Assembly (NCBI GenBank): GCA_910584745.1
Contig: CAJUDG010000013.1
Coordinates: 37,082 to 101,081 of the forward strand
Source of the DNA: an uncultured Eubacteriales bacterium
Lineage (GTDB): Bacteria; Bacillota; Clostridia; Oscillospirales; Acutalibacteraceae
Length of the DNA stretch: 64,000 nt
Direction of reading: 5' to 3'
Both the position numbers and the translations under genes were made by a program. Shown here one piece after another: positions 1-8,134 of this stretch; position 1 is the stretch's first letter; every line of letters starts with the position of its first letter. The notes beneath the pieces are model-generated. The model ran no database searches and was not told the DNA's origin. It saw only the letters and a program-made list of their open reading frames with translations.

Positions 1-33
1 AGGATATTATGATTGCTAATAGGAGTTGATTTC

Positions 34-432
34 ATGAAAATCGATAGGTTTTCCTACCATCTGGGCGCGGCAGATTGTTTCTGCGAGATGGTTCGCGCTG
101 GTGTAAAACGCATTGCGCTGTCACACCCTTGCGATACCAAGGAGGAGCGGGATAGCTTTTTGCCGGAGTTTGATAAGCTGTGCGTAAAATACGGTGTCCG
201 CTATTATGCCGAGGATGAGTCGTTCCTGACCGACCTCTTTCCCCTATCGTTGAATCAAGGAAAGTTCAACGTGATTTTCTATCAGGATGAATCGGCTTTG
301 CAGGAATATCTTGCTCTAAAAGTCGAGAAAGAAAAGGCAATCGCGGCGGGTAATTACGACGATTGCCGCAAAGATATCGCCCGTCGGTATCAAGAACCAG
401 TTGAATATGGATTTGACCGTCCTACTTTATAA
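34..432 (+). CDS. Hypothetical protein; its 3' end is probably replaced by a deletion junction near 389
   Basis: AGGAG RBS before ATG 34. From ~389 another frame encodes an HsdR-like tail. Confidence 0.6.
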   Translation: MKIDRFSYHLGAADCFCEMVRAGVKRIALSHPCDTKEERDSFLPEFDKLCVKYGVRYYAEDESFLTDLFPLSLNQGKFNVIFYQDESALQEYLALKVEKEKAIAAGNYDDCRKDIARRYQEPVEYGFDRPTL

Positions 433-514
433 AAACGGATATCCGCCGGAGTGGGATGAAGAAGTGTTCGAGAAAGTCATGGAACAGGCGGAAAACTTTA
501 AAATGTACAGTTAG
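389..514 (+). pseudogene. hsdR: C-terminal fragment of a type I restriction enzyme R subunit
   Basis: Reads IKNQLNMDLTVLLYKNGYPPEWDEEVFEKVMEQAENFKMYS*. The GYPP...EQAENFK pattern is typical of HsdR C-termini (DUF3387-like). No start codon or RBS. Confidence 0.7.
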
Positions 515-650
515 TTCTTAAATCTGTCAGTGCCCATCAATAAACGGCACATCCATATCTTCCATAACCTCCAGCATAAACCTTGCCCCAAAACGAAAGC
601 CCAGCACAAACGAATCACATTCGCTCACACTGGACAGTTCCAGTCTCTTA

Positions 651-1474
651 GAACCCGTATTCACAAGAGGGTAAGTAGGTGGTAGAATAGAGACATGGAA
701 GAAAAAAGACGAAAGTCGTACCCCAGCGACTTGACAGATAAACAGTGGGGAGAGATAGCCGCTCTATATGAGGGAATGCGCAACTGTACATGGAGCAAAC
801 GGGAATTGACGGATGCAGTGCTGTATTTGGCGGATTCAGGGTGTAAATGGAGACAGTTGCCCCATGATTTTCCACCATATTCAACCGTACACAGCTTTTA
901 TCGCCGCGCCCGGATCAGTGGGCTGTGGGATAAAATTCTGGAGCATCTTGTGAAAAAGACGCGAACAAATGCTGGACGCAAGGAGAGTACAAGCTACGCG
1001 ATCATTGATTCCCAGAGTGTGAAAACAGTAGCAGCCGGTGAAGAACGTGGAATTGACGGAGGGAAAAAACGAAAGGCAGAAAGCGGCACATCGTAGTGGA
1101 TGTGCGGGGTTGTTTGCTGTCTGTGGCGGTTCATGCTGCCAATATTCATGACATAAAAAGCGGAATATCTACCGCTAAACGAGCGTACGAGCGGTACTCG
1201 TCTATTCAAAAGTTCTGTGCAGATGCTGGATATCGGGGTACTTTTGTTTCTGATTTGAAGGGACAACTTGACCTTGATGTCGATATTTCAGAGAAAATCA
1301 AGCCCCATCAATGGTAGAAACTCCCTTGGCGGTGGGTAGTTGAACGCCTTCTCTCCTGGCTCAACCATTCCAGACGCCTCAGCAAAGATTTTGAGATTTC
1401 TGTCTCATCCGCTGAAGCTATGGTCTAAATTTCCCATTTCCATACTTTACCCAAGCGATTATGAATACAGCTGC
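651..1474 (+). mobile_element. IS5-family insertion sequence (~824 bp), inactivated
   Basis: Imperfect terminal IRs GAACCCGTATTCACAA and revcomp GCAGCTGTATTCATAA (12/16). TTA on both flanks (648-650, 1475-1477) as the target duplication. Confidence 0.85.
695..1464 (+). pseudogene. IS5-family transposase pseudogene (two frames, two premature stops)
   Basis: YPSDLTDKQW, GCKWRQLPHDFPPYSTV, IIDSQSVKT, ADAGYRG and RWVVER motifs. Frame change near GGGAAAAAAC (~1061-1070). In-frame TAG 1315-1317 and TAA 1426-1428. Confidence 0.85.
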
Positions 1475-1629
1475 TTAGTACAGCTTGCCAGATGGTAGAC
1501 CGTGCGGAAGATCAATTCGCCATACCGCCCGGCATCGCAGACATTGATAGCCTCTCTCACTTATTCGGAGTGAAGTAATGCCCGCAGGGAGTCGAGCCGC
1601 TCCCACTTGTCCGGGGAACGTCAGCCGCC

Positions 1630-1796
1630 AACTCTCCGGGATGATGGGCGGCACTATTCCCGTCGTACATCCCGGCGTCGGCAAAGGACACCAGGTAGCC
1701 GCTGTCCTACAAGTAGCCCTCCTGCCGGTCGGTCGCCCCAATCACGGCGGCGATGCTCCGGGCCACGTTGGGCTTTTCTGCGATTACTAAATTCAT
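1630..1796 (-). pseudogene. topB: N-terminal fragment of DNA topoisomerase III (type often found on conjugative elements)
   Basis: Reads MNLVIAEKPNVARSIAAVIGATDRQEGYL*DSGYLVSFADAGMYD: TOPRIM start motif IAEKP, an internal stop, then truncation. The 3' boundary is approximate. Confidence 0.75.
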
Positions 1797-2284
1797 AAAT
1801 CTGTTTCTTTCTTGTTTTTTAGGGTTGCTATATGGTATAATCATTGTACTTCCATAAGGGAATTTTTTCAGAGGACATCATGAAATGTAGACAGGAAGTC
1901 ATAAAAAACTGGATTTTAATTGAGCAAACACAAGATGAAAATAAATATATGCGCCCACTTTTTTCTTTTGTCTTGGGCCGATTCATGGAAATTTTCGGTG
2001 CCGAACTTATGGAAACCGAATTGTGACTGCTTTAAAAAATGCTTCGATAATCTTAGTCGATTCCAGATGCCCCCTTCTTTCTGGGGAGGTTGTTTTTGAT
2101 TATTCGGTTGATCTGGACAAGACTTCGACCGTTTCCGCCTACAATTCCATAGTTTCTAAATTCAAATAAAATTGGCAGCAGGGTTTCAGATGAGTATTAG
2201 ATTGTCACGAATAGAAATTCTGGCTGCTAACTATGATATTTGCATGTTTAATTGGGGACAAAATGCTCGCCGCTATGGGCACTG

Positions 2285-2611
2285 CTAGCTTTCGCTCTCA
2301 GCCCCTGGCTCCGGTCCCTCCCACTGGCAGACCTGCAAATCGGCCCGGCCGTCCGGCAGGAAAGGGACGCCCTCCGCCTGCAGCATCTGCCGCTGAATTT
2401 CCTTGCCCCCAAAGGCCCTATCACAGCAGAGGGTCCCGTCCCGGTAGACCACCCGGTGGCAGGGCAGCCCTTCCGGGGCGTGGAGCATGGCCGCGCCTAC
2501 GATGCGCGAGGCCCGTGGACTGCCGCACAGCGCCGCCAGCTGTCCGTATGTAGCCAGTCTTCCGGCCGGGATGCGGCCCACCAGTTCATATACCTCGTCC
2601 CGAAAGCTCAC
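2285..2611 (-). CDS. Single-domain O6-methylguanine-DNA methyltransferase (MGMT/Ogt family)
   Basis: IPAGRLATYGQLA, ASRIVGAAM and active-site PCHRVV. Confidence 0.9.
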   Translation of the reverse strand: MSFRDEVYELVGRIPAGRLATYGQLAALCGSPRASRIVGAAMLHAPEGLPCHRVVYRDGTLCCDRAFGGKEIQRQMLQAEGVPFLPDGRADLQVCQWEGPEPGAESES

Positions 2612-3999
2612 GCCTTGCCGCCTCCCTCCAGGGGGGATCTTTTCTTTTCCAGGCCGCGGAAGATCCGCAGCAGCATGATGACCGCCGCCGCCGACAGGAC
2701 GGCCTCCGCAACCAGCTGGGAATAGGCCAGCCCGTAGGGCGGGAACAGCTTATCCAGCAGGATAAGCGCGGGGATCTCCAGCACGATCTTCCTCAGCACC
2801 GCGAACAGCAGGGCCCGCCTGCCCATTCCGCAGGACTGGAACACCCCCACGGCGGTGAAGTCGATGCACAGGAAGGGCTGGGCCAGGCAGAGCCCCCGAA
2901 GGAACGCCGCGCCGAAGGTGACCACCGACTCATTCTGGATGAACAGCAGGGTGAACCACCGGGCCCCGAAGAACATGGCCCCCGTGGCCACGGCCATAAA
3001 GCCCAGGGCGATCTCTGTCAAAAAGATAACGGTCTCCTTCATGCGCTTCACGTTGCCGCTGGCGTAGTTATAGCCGATCAGTGGCATTATGCCCTGAGAG
3101 CCGCCCAGGGCGATCTGCATGGAGACGGAGCTGATGGTGCTGGCAATGCCCATGGCCGCCACCGCGTCCGGGCCGTAGGCGGCGGTGAAGTTGTTGAGCA
3201 CCATGCGGCTGGTCACGTTCAGCAGGTTTTGGATGGAGGCCGGCACGCCCACCCCGAGGATGCCCAGCACGATGGCCGGCTTAAACCCGAACATGGAGGG
3301 CTTCACGCACACGAAGGTCTTCCCCCGGCGCACAAACAGCAGCACGAAGAAATACAGGCAGGCCGCGCAGTTGGAGAGGAAGGTGGCAAGCCCCGCGCCC
3401 GCCGCGCCCATATTCAGCCCCCAGGGCAAGATGAAGAAGGGGTCCAGGAGTATGTTCAGCAGACAGCCGCTCATGGTGCCGATGCTGGCGTGGAGGGAGG
3501 CCCCCTCCGAGCGCACCAGATAGGCCAGCACCACGTTGAGGATTGCCGGAGCCGCCCCAAAGGTCACGGTCCACAAGAGGTAATCGCTGGTGGCGGCGAG
3601 GGTGCTCTGCTCTGTGCCCATAACCTGGAGCAGCGGCCCCCGGAAGACAGTGAAGGCCACGGAAAACAGCACCCCGCTTATAAGGGAGCCATAAAACCCA
3701 AAGGCGGAGCTTCTGTATACGGTATCGTAGTCCTTCACCCCCAGGGCCCGGCTCATCATGGAGGATGTGCCCACGCCGAAGAGGTTATTCACCGCGTTAA
3801 AGGCCAGCAGCACGGGCCCGGAGAGGGTGAGCGCCGCGTTTTGGATGGGGTCGTCCAGCATCCCCACAAAGAAGGTGTCCGCCAGGTGGTAGAGCACCAT
3901 CACCAGGGAGCTGAGTACGGTGGGGATGGCCAGGGTCATGACGGCCTTGGGGATGGGAGTGCGTTCAAATAGTTCGGTCTTTTCGTTTTCTGCGGGCAT
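2608..3999 (-). CDS. MATE-family efflux transporter
   Basis: About 12 TM segments; LADTFFVG, LNILLDPFFI, GAAGAGLAT motifs. AAGGAG RBS before ATG 3999. Confidence 0.9.
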   Translation of the reverse strand: MPAENEKTELFERTPIPKAVMTLAIPTVLSSLVMVLYHLADTFFVGMLDDPIQNAALTLSGPVLLAFNAVNNLFGVGTSSMMSRALGVKDYDTVYRSSAFGFYGSLISGVLFSVAFTVFRGPLLQVMGTEQSTLAATSDYLLWTVTFGAAPAILNVVLAYLVRSEGASLHASIGTMSGCLLNILLDPFFILPWGLNMGAAGAGLATFLSNCAACLYFFVLLFVRRGKTFVCVKPSMFGFKPAIVLGILGVGVPASIQNLLNVTSRMVLNNFTAAYGPDAVAAMGIASTISSVSMQIALGGSQGIMPLIGYNYASGNVKRMKETVIFLTEIALGFMAVATGAMFFGARWFTLLFIQNESVVTFGAAFLRGLCLAQPFLCIDFTAVGVFQSCGMGRRALLFAVLRKIVLEIPALILLDKLFPPYGLAYSQLVAEAVLSAAAVIMLLRIFRGLEKKRSPLEGGGKA

Positions 4000-4152
4000 A
4001 GGGGCTCCTTTCCTTTGTTGGGACAAGAATGGTCATCTAAATCATCTTGCCATCATTATAGGCTATTTCTGGGAGAAAATCAACCTATTGGGGGAGCGAA
4101 TCTGACATAACGGCAAGAGAGATTTGCTTCACCTCCGGCTTCTGCCCGGTAT

Positions 4153-6399
4153 CTACCCCTGGGAAGGTAAGCTTATCTCATACACCGGGCAAAGCTCCGC
4201 GCTGTGCAGGCCCGCCGTAAGCTTTTCCACTTCCTCCAGCCGCCCGGCCATGGGAGACTCCACGTTCACGTTGGCCCCCTCCTTCAGCGGGGTGATGGCA
4301 ACGACCAGCTCGCTCTCCGACAGCTCCCCGGCAAGCTCCCGCAAGCCTATCTCCCAGGGCGCGCCGTTATAGAAGTTGTCGCTTATCATCCGGCTGTTTA
4401 CAAAGGCGTGGGCGATGTCCCCGGTGTATTCTATTTTCAGAAGCACGTCTTTAGCTCCGTCCATAAGCTTCTCAGGGAAGGTAAGGGTGTAGCGGCTGGG
4501 GCCAACCTGCTTTTGGACTATAGGCGCTCCCTGCCATTTCTTCGCCGTGAAGCGGTACTCGCCCAGCGGCCCATGCACCGTGTGCTCACCGCCAAGAGCA
4601 TCCGCCGGGTAGCAATAGACGGTGTTCTCCGGCTCCATCGTCTCGAGCCTCAGGCCGTTCTCATCCTCCAGAAGGGCCTCTGTGGTGAACACCAACCTGT
4701 TCCTGCTGACAATATACATCTGCTCGGCCATGTCCCGGCTGAGCACCAGCACCTTCACGTGCTTCTCCCCCTGAGTGACAGTAAACTCCTGGGCAGTCAG
4801 ATCGTCTGGGCATGTGACAACACCGCTCTCGCCCGCAAAGACGAACTCCCCCCTCATGCCCCGGGGCACGAAGAATACATACACGCTCTCGCCGTCCCGC
4901 TCAATGCGCGTGACCGGCTGGGCAGTGGCCTGCACAAGCTTTACTCCGTCCAGGTCCATGTTGAAGGGTAAAATACAGTTTTCCTCTGCCCCGAGGCCGA
5001 AATTGAAGGTCAGCTCACCCTCCGCTGTCTCGAAAGTGACGGTCTCGTCTGTGCGGTCGTGGGTAGTACGGTGGTCTTGGAAATTGTTCACGAACAGGAA
5101 ACCCCTTTTGCCGTCGGAGCGCACGGCGAAGCGCAGGGTGTCCGTGTCGCTGGGGTCTATCTGTGAGGCACCCTCCGGCAGGACCGTGGGCAGGCCGCAG
5201 AGCTCCCCGGCGAAGGAGCGCACAAAGTAGTGCAGGAGCTTTGTGCGCCGATAGGACTCCCGAACCTGACCGAACTCACCCAAAATGGCCTGGTAGTCGT
5301 AGGAGATCTTGCAAACTTGGCTCTCGTTGAGATACTGACCGTTCTTTCCGATGGGGTTGCTGCCGCCCTGGTACATGTAGTATCCCAGAAAATTGCAGCC
5401 CGAGCCCAGCTTTACGTTTGCCATAGCGTCCACCGACTTATAGGGCAGCTGGAAGCGGTAGTTATAGCTGCACATCATGCCGCCGCCCATCTCGCAGCAG
5501 GCGTAGGGGCGGGTCTCGGGGGCGTATTGGGGCCGGAAGTCGTCGGTGCATATTATGCCGTTTTTGTGGTAGTCCTGGTAGATGTACTGCTCCGTAGCCG
5601 GATGCTCGCCCTTGTGGGAGTAGAACAGCCAGGGCCGATAGGCGTAGCCGCCCCAGAGGGGCAGCATGGAGTCCGGGGTGGGGGCGTTCCCCCAGCCGGT
5701 GCAGGTGTAGAACACCGGGCAGAGGCCGCACTCCGCGGCGAGCTCCTTGAGCCGGAGCAGGTAAGCCTCGCCCTCGCCGCCGCCGAAAGCCCACTCGTTG
5801 CTGATGCCCGTGGTCATCTCCCAGGGCGCGGAGGAGGCCATGTACTCGTTGTCGATCTGTACCCCGATGATGGGCCCTCCGTCCTTAAAGAACAGCCCCT
5901 TCACCTGCCCGGCTATCTCTGTGTATAGCCGCCGCACACATGCAAGGAAGCCCGGGCTCAGCTTGCGCACCTCAAAGGGCTTGCCATAGAGCCAGTCGGG
6001 CAGGCCACCGTTGCGCACCTCCCCGTGGTCGAAGGGCCCCGAGCGCAGGATCACATACATCCCGTGCTTGCGGCAGAGCTCCACGAACCGCCGCAAATCC
6101 CGCCGGCCGGTGAAGTCGAAGGAGCCCTCTGTCTCCTCGTGGTGGTTCCAGAAGATGTATGTGGCCACGATGTTCACGCCGCCCAGCTTCATCTTGATGA
6201 GCTCGTCCTCCCAGCGGCCGGGCTCCATGCGGCTGAAGTGGAACTCGCCGCTGACGCCGAAGAAGGGGTGGCTGTTTTGCTCCATGTAGTAATTGTTGAC
6301 GGAGAGGGTGGTGCCGTCGGGGCTGGCGCCGGAGAAGCTGTCCCCCAGTGGATATAGATTTTTTGCGGGGGTATCTAGCAGTGAAAGCTTATAATTCAT
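4153..6399 (-). CDS. Beta-galactosidase, glycoside hydrolase family 35
   Basis: SGEFHFSR, TYIFWNHHE, RSGPFDHGE..GGLPDWL, QIDNEY, CEMGGG, SYDYQA. AGGAGG RBS before ATG 6399. Confidence 0.9.
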   Translation of the reverse strand: MNYKLSLLDTPAKNLYPLGDSFSGASPDGTTLSVNNYYMEQNSHPFFGVSGEFHFSRMEPGRWEDELIKMKLGGVNIVATYIFWNHHEETEGSFDFTGRRDLRRFVELCRKHGMYVILRSGPFDHGEVRNGGLPDWLYGKPFEVRKLSPGFLACVRRLYTEIAGQVKGLFFKDGGPIIGVQIDNEYMASSAPWEMTTGISNEWAFGGGEGEAYLLRLKELAAECGLCPVFYTCTGWGNAPTPDSMLPLWGGYAYRPWLFYSHKGEHPATEQYIYQDYHKNGIICTDDFRPQYAPETRPYACCEMGGGMMCSYNYRFQLPYKSVDAMANVKLGSGCNFLGYYMYQGGSNPIGKNGQYLNESQVCKISYDYQAILGEFGQVRESYRRTKLLHYFVRSFAGELCGLPTVLPEGASQIDPSDTDTLRFAVRSDGKRGFLFVNNFQDHRTTHDRTDETVTFETAEGELTFNFGLGAEENCILPFNMDLDGVKLVQATAQPVTRIERDGESVYVFFVPRGMRGEFVFAGESGVVTCPDDLTAQEFTVTQGEKHVKVLVLSRDMAEQMYIVSRNRLVFTTEALLEDENGLRLETMEPENTVYCYPADALGGEHTVHGPLGEYRFTAKKWQGAPIVQKQVGPSRYTLTFPEKLMDGAKDVLLKIEYTGDIAHAFVNSRMISDNFYNGAPWEIGLRELAGELSESELVVAITPLKEGANVNVESPMAGRLEEVEKLTAGLHSAELCPVYEISLPSQG

Positions 6400-6448
6400 G
6401 ATACATGCCTCCTGAGTATGCGCGGGAAAACCTAGCGGGTTTGAGTTT

Positions 6449-6477
6449 ATTGTATCTGGTTGTGCGGGCGTTTGCAA
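6449..6477 (-). promoter_or_regulatory. sigma-A promoter of the GH35 gene
   Basis: TTGCAA-N17-TACAAT on the minus strand. Confidence 0.6.
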
Positions 6478-6505
6478 GCAGTTTTTTTGCGGCGGTGTGT
6501 TTATT

Positions 6506-6551
6506 AAAGAGACGGTTACAGAAAGGTATACCTTTTTGTAACCGTCTCTTT
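6506..6551. repeat. 46-bp near-perfect palindrome with no loop
   Basis: AAAGAGACGGTTACAGAAAGGTA|TACCTTTTTGTAACCGTCTCTTT, one G/T mismatch. Confidence 0.95.
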
Positions 6552-6569
6552 CGCGCCTGATTTTACCAG

Positions 6570-6598
6570 ATTATACCACTTTTTTCACAGTTTTGCAA
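6570..6598 (-). promoter_or_regulatory. Near-consensus sigma-A promoter inside an IR-flanked segment
   Basis: TTGCAA-N17-TATAAT with extended -10 TG, pointing into the 46-bp palindrome. Confidence 0.75.
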
Positions 6599-6709
6599 TA
6601 CTGTATCTGCAAATATTTTAAATAAATCACATTGGATTAGCCATTACAGAAAGGTATAGATTCTTGCACCATCTTTTCCGCGCAGGTAAAAACTTAGGAG
6701 GTAGTAAAA

Positions 6710-7771
6710 ATGAAAAAGGTTCTATCAGTTCTGCTGGCCCTGTGCCTGATAATCGGCGCGGTGCCAATGTTCGCAAGCGCGGGAAGCACGGCGGGCCTAA
6801 GAGACACGGGGGAGCTGGAAGGCGGCCTGACCTGGACTTTAATGACAGACGGGGCTCTCTCTGTTGGCCCCGCTGACCCGGAAAGCCCCGGGCCTTTCAC
6901 TATTCCATATTTTGCGTCGGGCGCTCCCTGGAGCAAGTATAAGCTGGACATCCGGACCGTCTTTATCCGCAAAGGGGTCGAGGGCGTTGGCGGCAACGCA
7001 TTTAATGGCTGCAAGAATCTTGAGCAGCTTTACATTCCTCTTGGTCTGGCCGGCTGCGGACCCGATGCTTTCAGCGGCTGTACAGGACTTAAGGCCATAC
7101 ATTTTGCCGGCTCCGATTCGGACGAATATTTCCGTGAGTTCTGCGCAAAGCTGTCCTTCGGCAGCTCCGTTCCCACTGACAGGATAGAATATCACTATAA
7201 TTGTGATAATACGGACTACGTCTCGCCGCCCCCCGCTCCCTCATCCCCCTTCAGCGACGTGAAGATAGACGACTACTTCGCCGATGGGGCCATCTGGGCC
7301 TATCAGTTCGGCATTGCCTACGGCACCGGCGGCGAGAAGTTCAGCCCCGGGAAGACCTGCACCAGGGACCAGATAGTCACGTTCCTCTATCGCGCAAAGG
7401 GCAGCCCGGCGGTGACGGTGACGAACCAGTTTACCGACATGCCGAAGTCCGACGAGTTCAAGCGGGCCATCAGCTGGGCCGTTGAGAACAATATCACCGT
7501 GGGCGACGGAAAGGGGCATTTCCTGCCCGCCAAGGGCTGCACCAGGGCCGAGGCCATGACGTTTATCTGGCGGGCGGCCGGCAAGCCGGAGCCCGTCAGC
7601 ATCGCATCCTTCGCTGATATGCCCTCCAATTCTGACTTCCAAAAGGCTATAAGCTGGGCCTATGAGAACGGCGTCACCAGCGGTATCGGGGACGGCACAA
7701 GGTTCGGACCCAACAATACCTGCACAAGGGGGCAGATCGTCACGTTCCTATATAACTGGATGGAAAAGTAA
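6710..7771 (+). CDS. Secreted surface protein: BspA-like leucine-rich repeats plus three SLH domains
   Basis: Signal peptide; GVEGVGGNAFNGCKNL and AFSGCTGL repeats; FSPGKTCTRDQIVTFLY, FLPAKGCTRAEAMTF and FGPNNTCTRGQIV SLH motifs; AGGAGG RBS. Confidence 0.9.
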   Translation: MKKVLSVLLALCLIIGAVPMFASAGSTAGLRDTGELEGGLTWTLMTDGALSVGPADPESPGPFTIPYFASGAPWSKYKLDIRTVFIRKGVEGVGGNAFNGCKNLEQLYIPLGLAGCGPDAFSGCTGLKAIHFAGSDSDEYFREFCAKLSFGSSVPTDRIEYHYNCDNTDYVSPPPAPSSPFSDVKIDDYFADGAIWAYQFGIAYGTGGEKFSPGKTCTRDQIVTFLYRAKGSPAVTVTNQFTDMPKSDEFKRAISWAVENNITVGDGKGHFLPAKGCTRAEAMTFIWRAAGKPEPVSIASFADMPSNSDFQKAISWAYENGVTSGIGDGTRFGPNNTCTRGQIVTFLYNWMEK

Positions 7772-7782
7772 GCTAAAACGCT

Positions 7783-7820
7783 AAAAAGCGCGGGGTTCCG
7801 GCGGAGCCCGGCGCTTTTTC
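7783..7820 (+). terminator. Intrinsic terminator after the SLH gene
   Basis: AAAAAGCGCGGGGTTCCG..CGGAGCCCGGCGCTTTTT hairpin with T-tract. Confidence 0.75.
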
Positions 7821-7879
7821 TTGCTTTTGGGGACGAAGGGGTGTATAATGGCAGTATAACCGCAAAAGGGGGTGATTTC

Positions 7880-7948
7880 GTGTACCTTATAAATTACCGG
7901 GCGTTTACCTTCCGGCCTACCTTCAAAGGGCTCCGCGCAAGCCTGTGA
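7880..7948 (+). CDS. Putative 22-aa leader peptide upstream of the ABC-F gene
   Basis: TG-TATAAT promoter near 7844, RBS GGGGGTGA, GTG start, MYLINYRAFTFRPTFKGLRASL*. Confidence 0.6.
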   Translation: MYLINYRAFTFRPTFKGLRASL

Positions 7949-8010
7949 TGGAATTTAAGTGATCCATAGCTGTAATATCAGCTATTTTGTGCGGAGCGAT
8001 AAAAAGAGTA

Positions 8011-8058
8011 AGACACTTAACTTATCGTTAAGTATACTTAACCTTCCGTTAAGTGTCT
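8011..8058. repeat. Tandem palindromes (ACTTAAC-N5-GTTAAGT)x2 forming a 48-bp dyad
   Basis: AGAC ACTTAAC TTATC GTTAAGT AT ACTTAAC CTTCC GTTAAGT GTCT. Confidence 0.9.
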
Positions 8059-8134
8059 AACTCTCCGGGTCGCTTATAATTTCGCCATGGGCCTGCCTTT
8101 TGAGATTACTTCAAAAGCAAAGGAGCCGATGGCA

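Noticed and set aside
1844..2250. 60-aa ORF and AT-rich stretch
   Set aside because: No recognisable family in any frame I read. Probably decayed island DNA, so no call can be supported.
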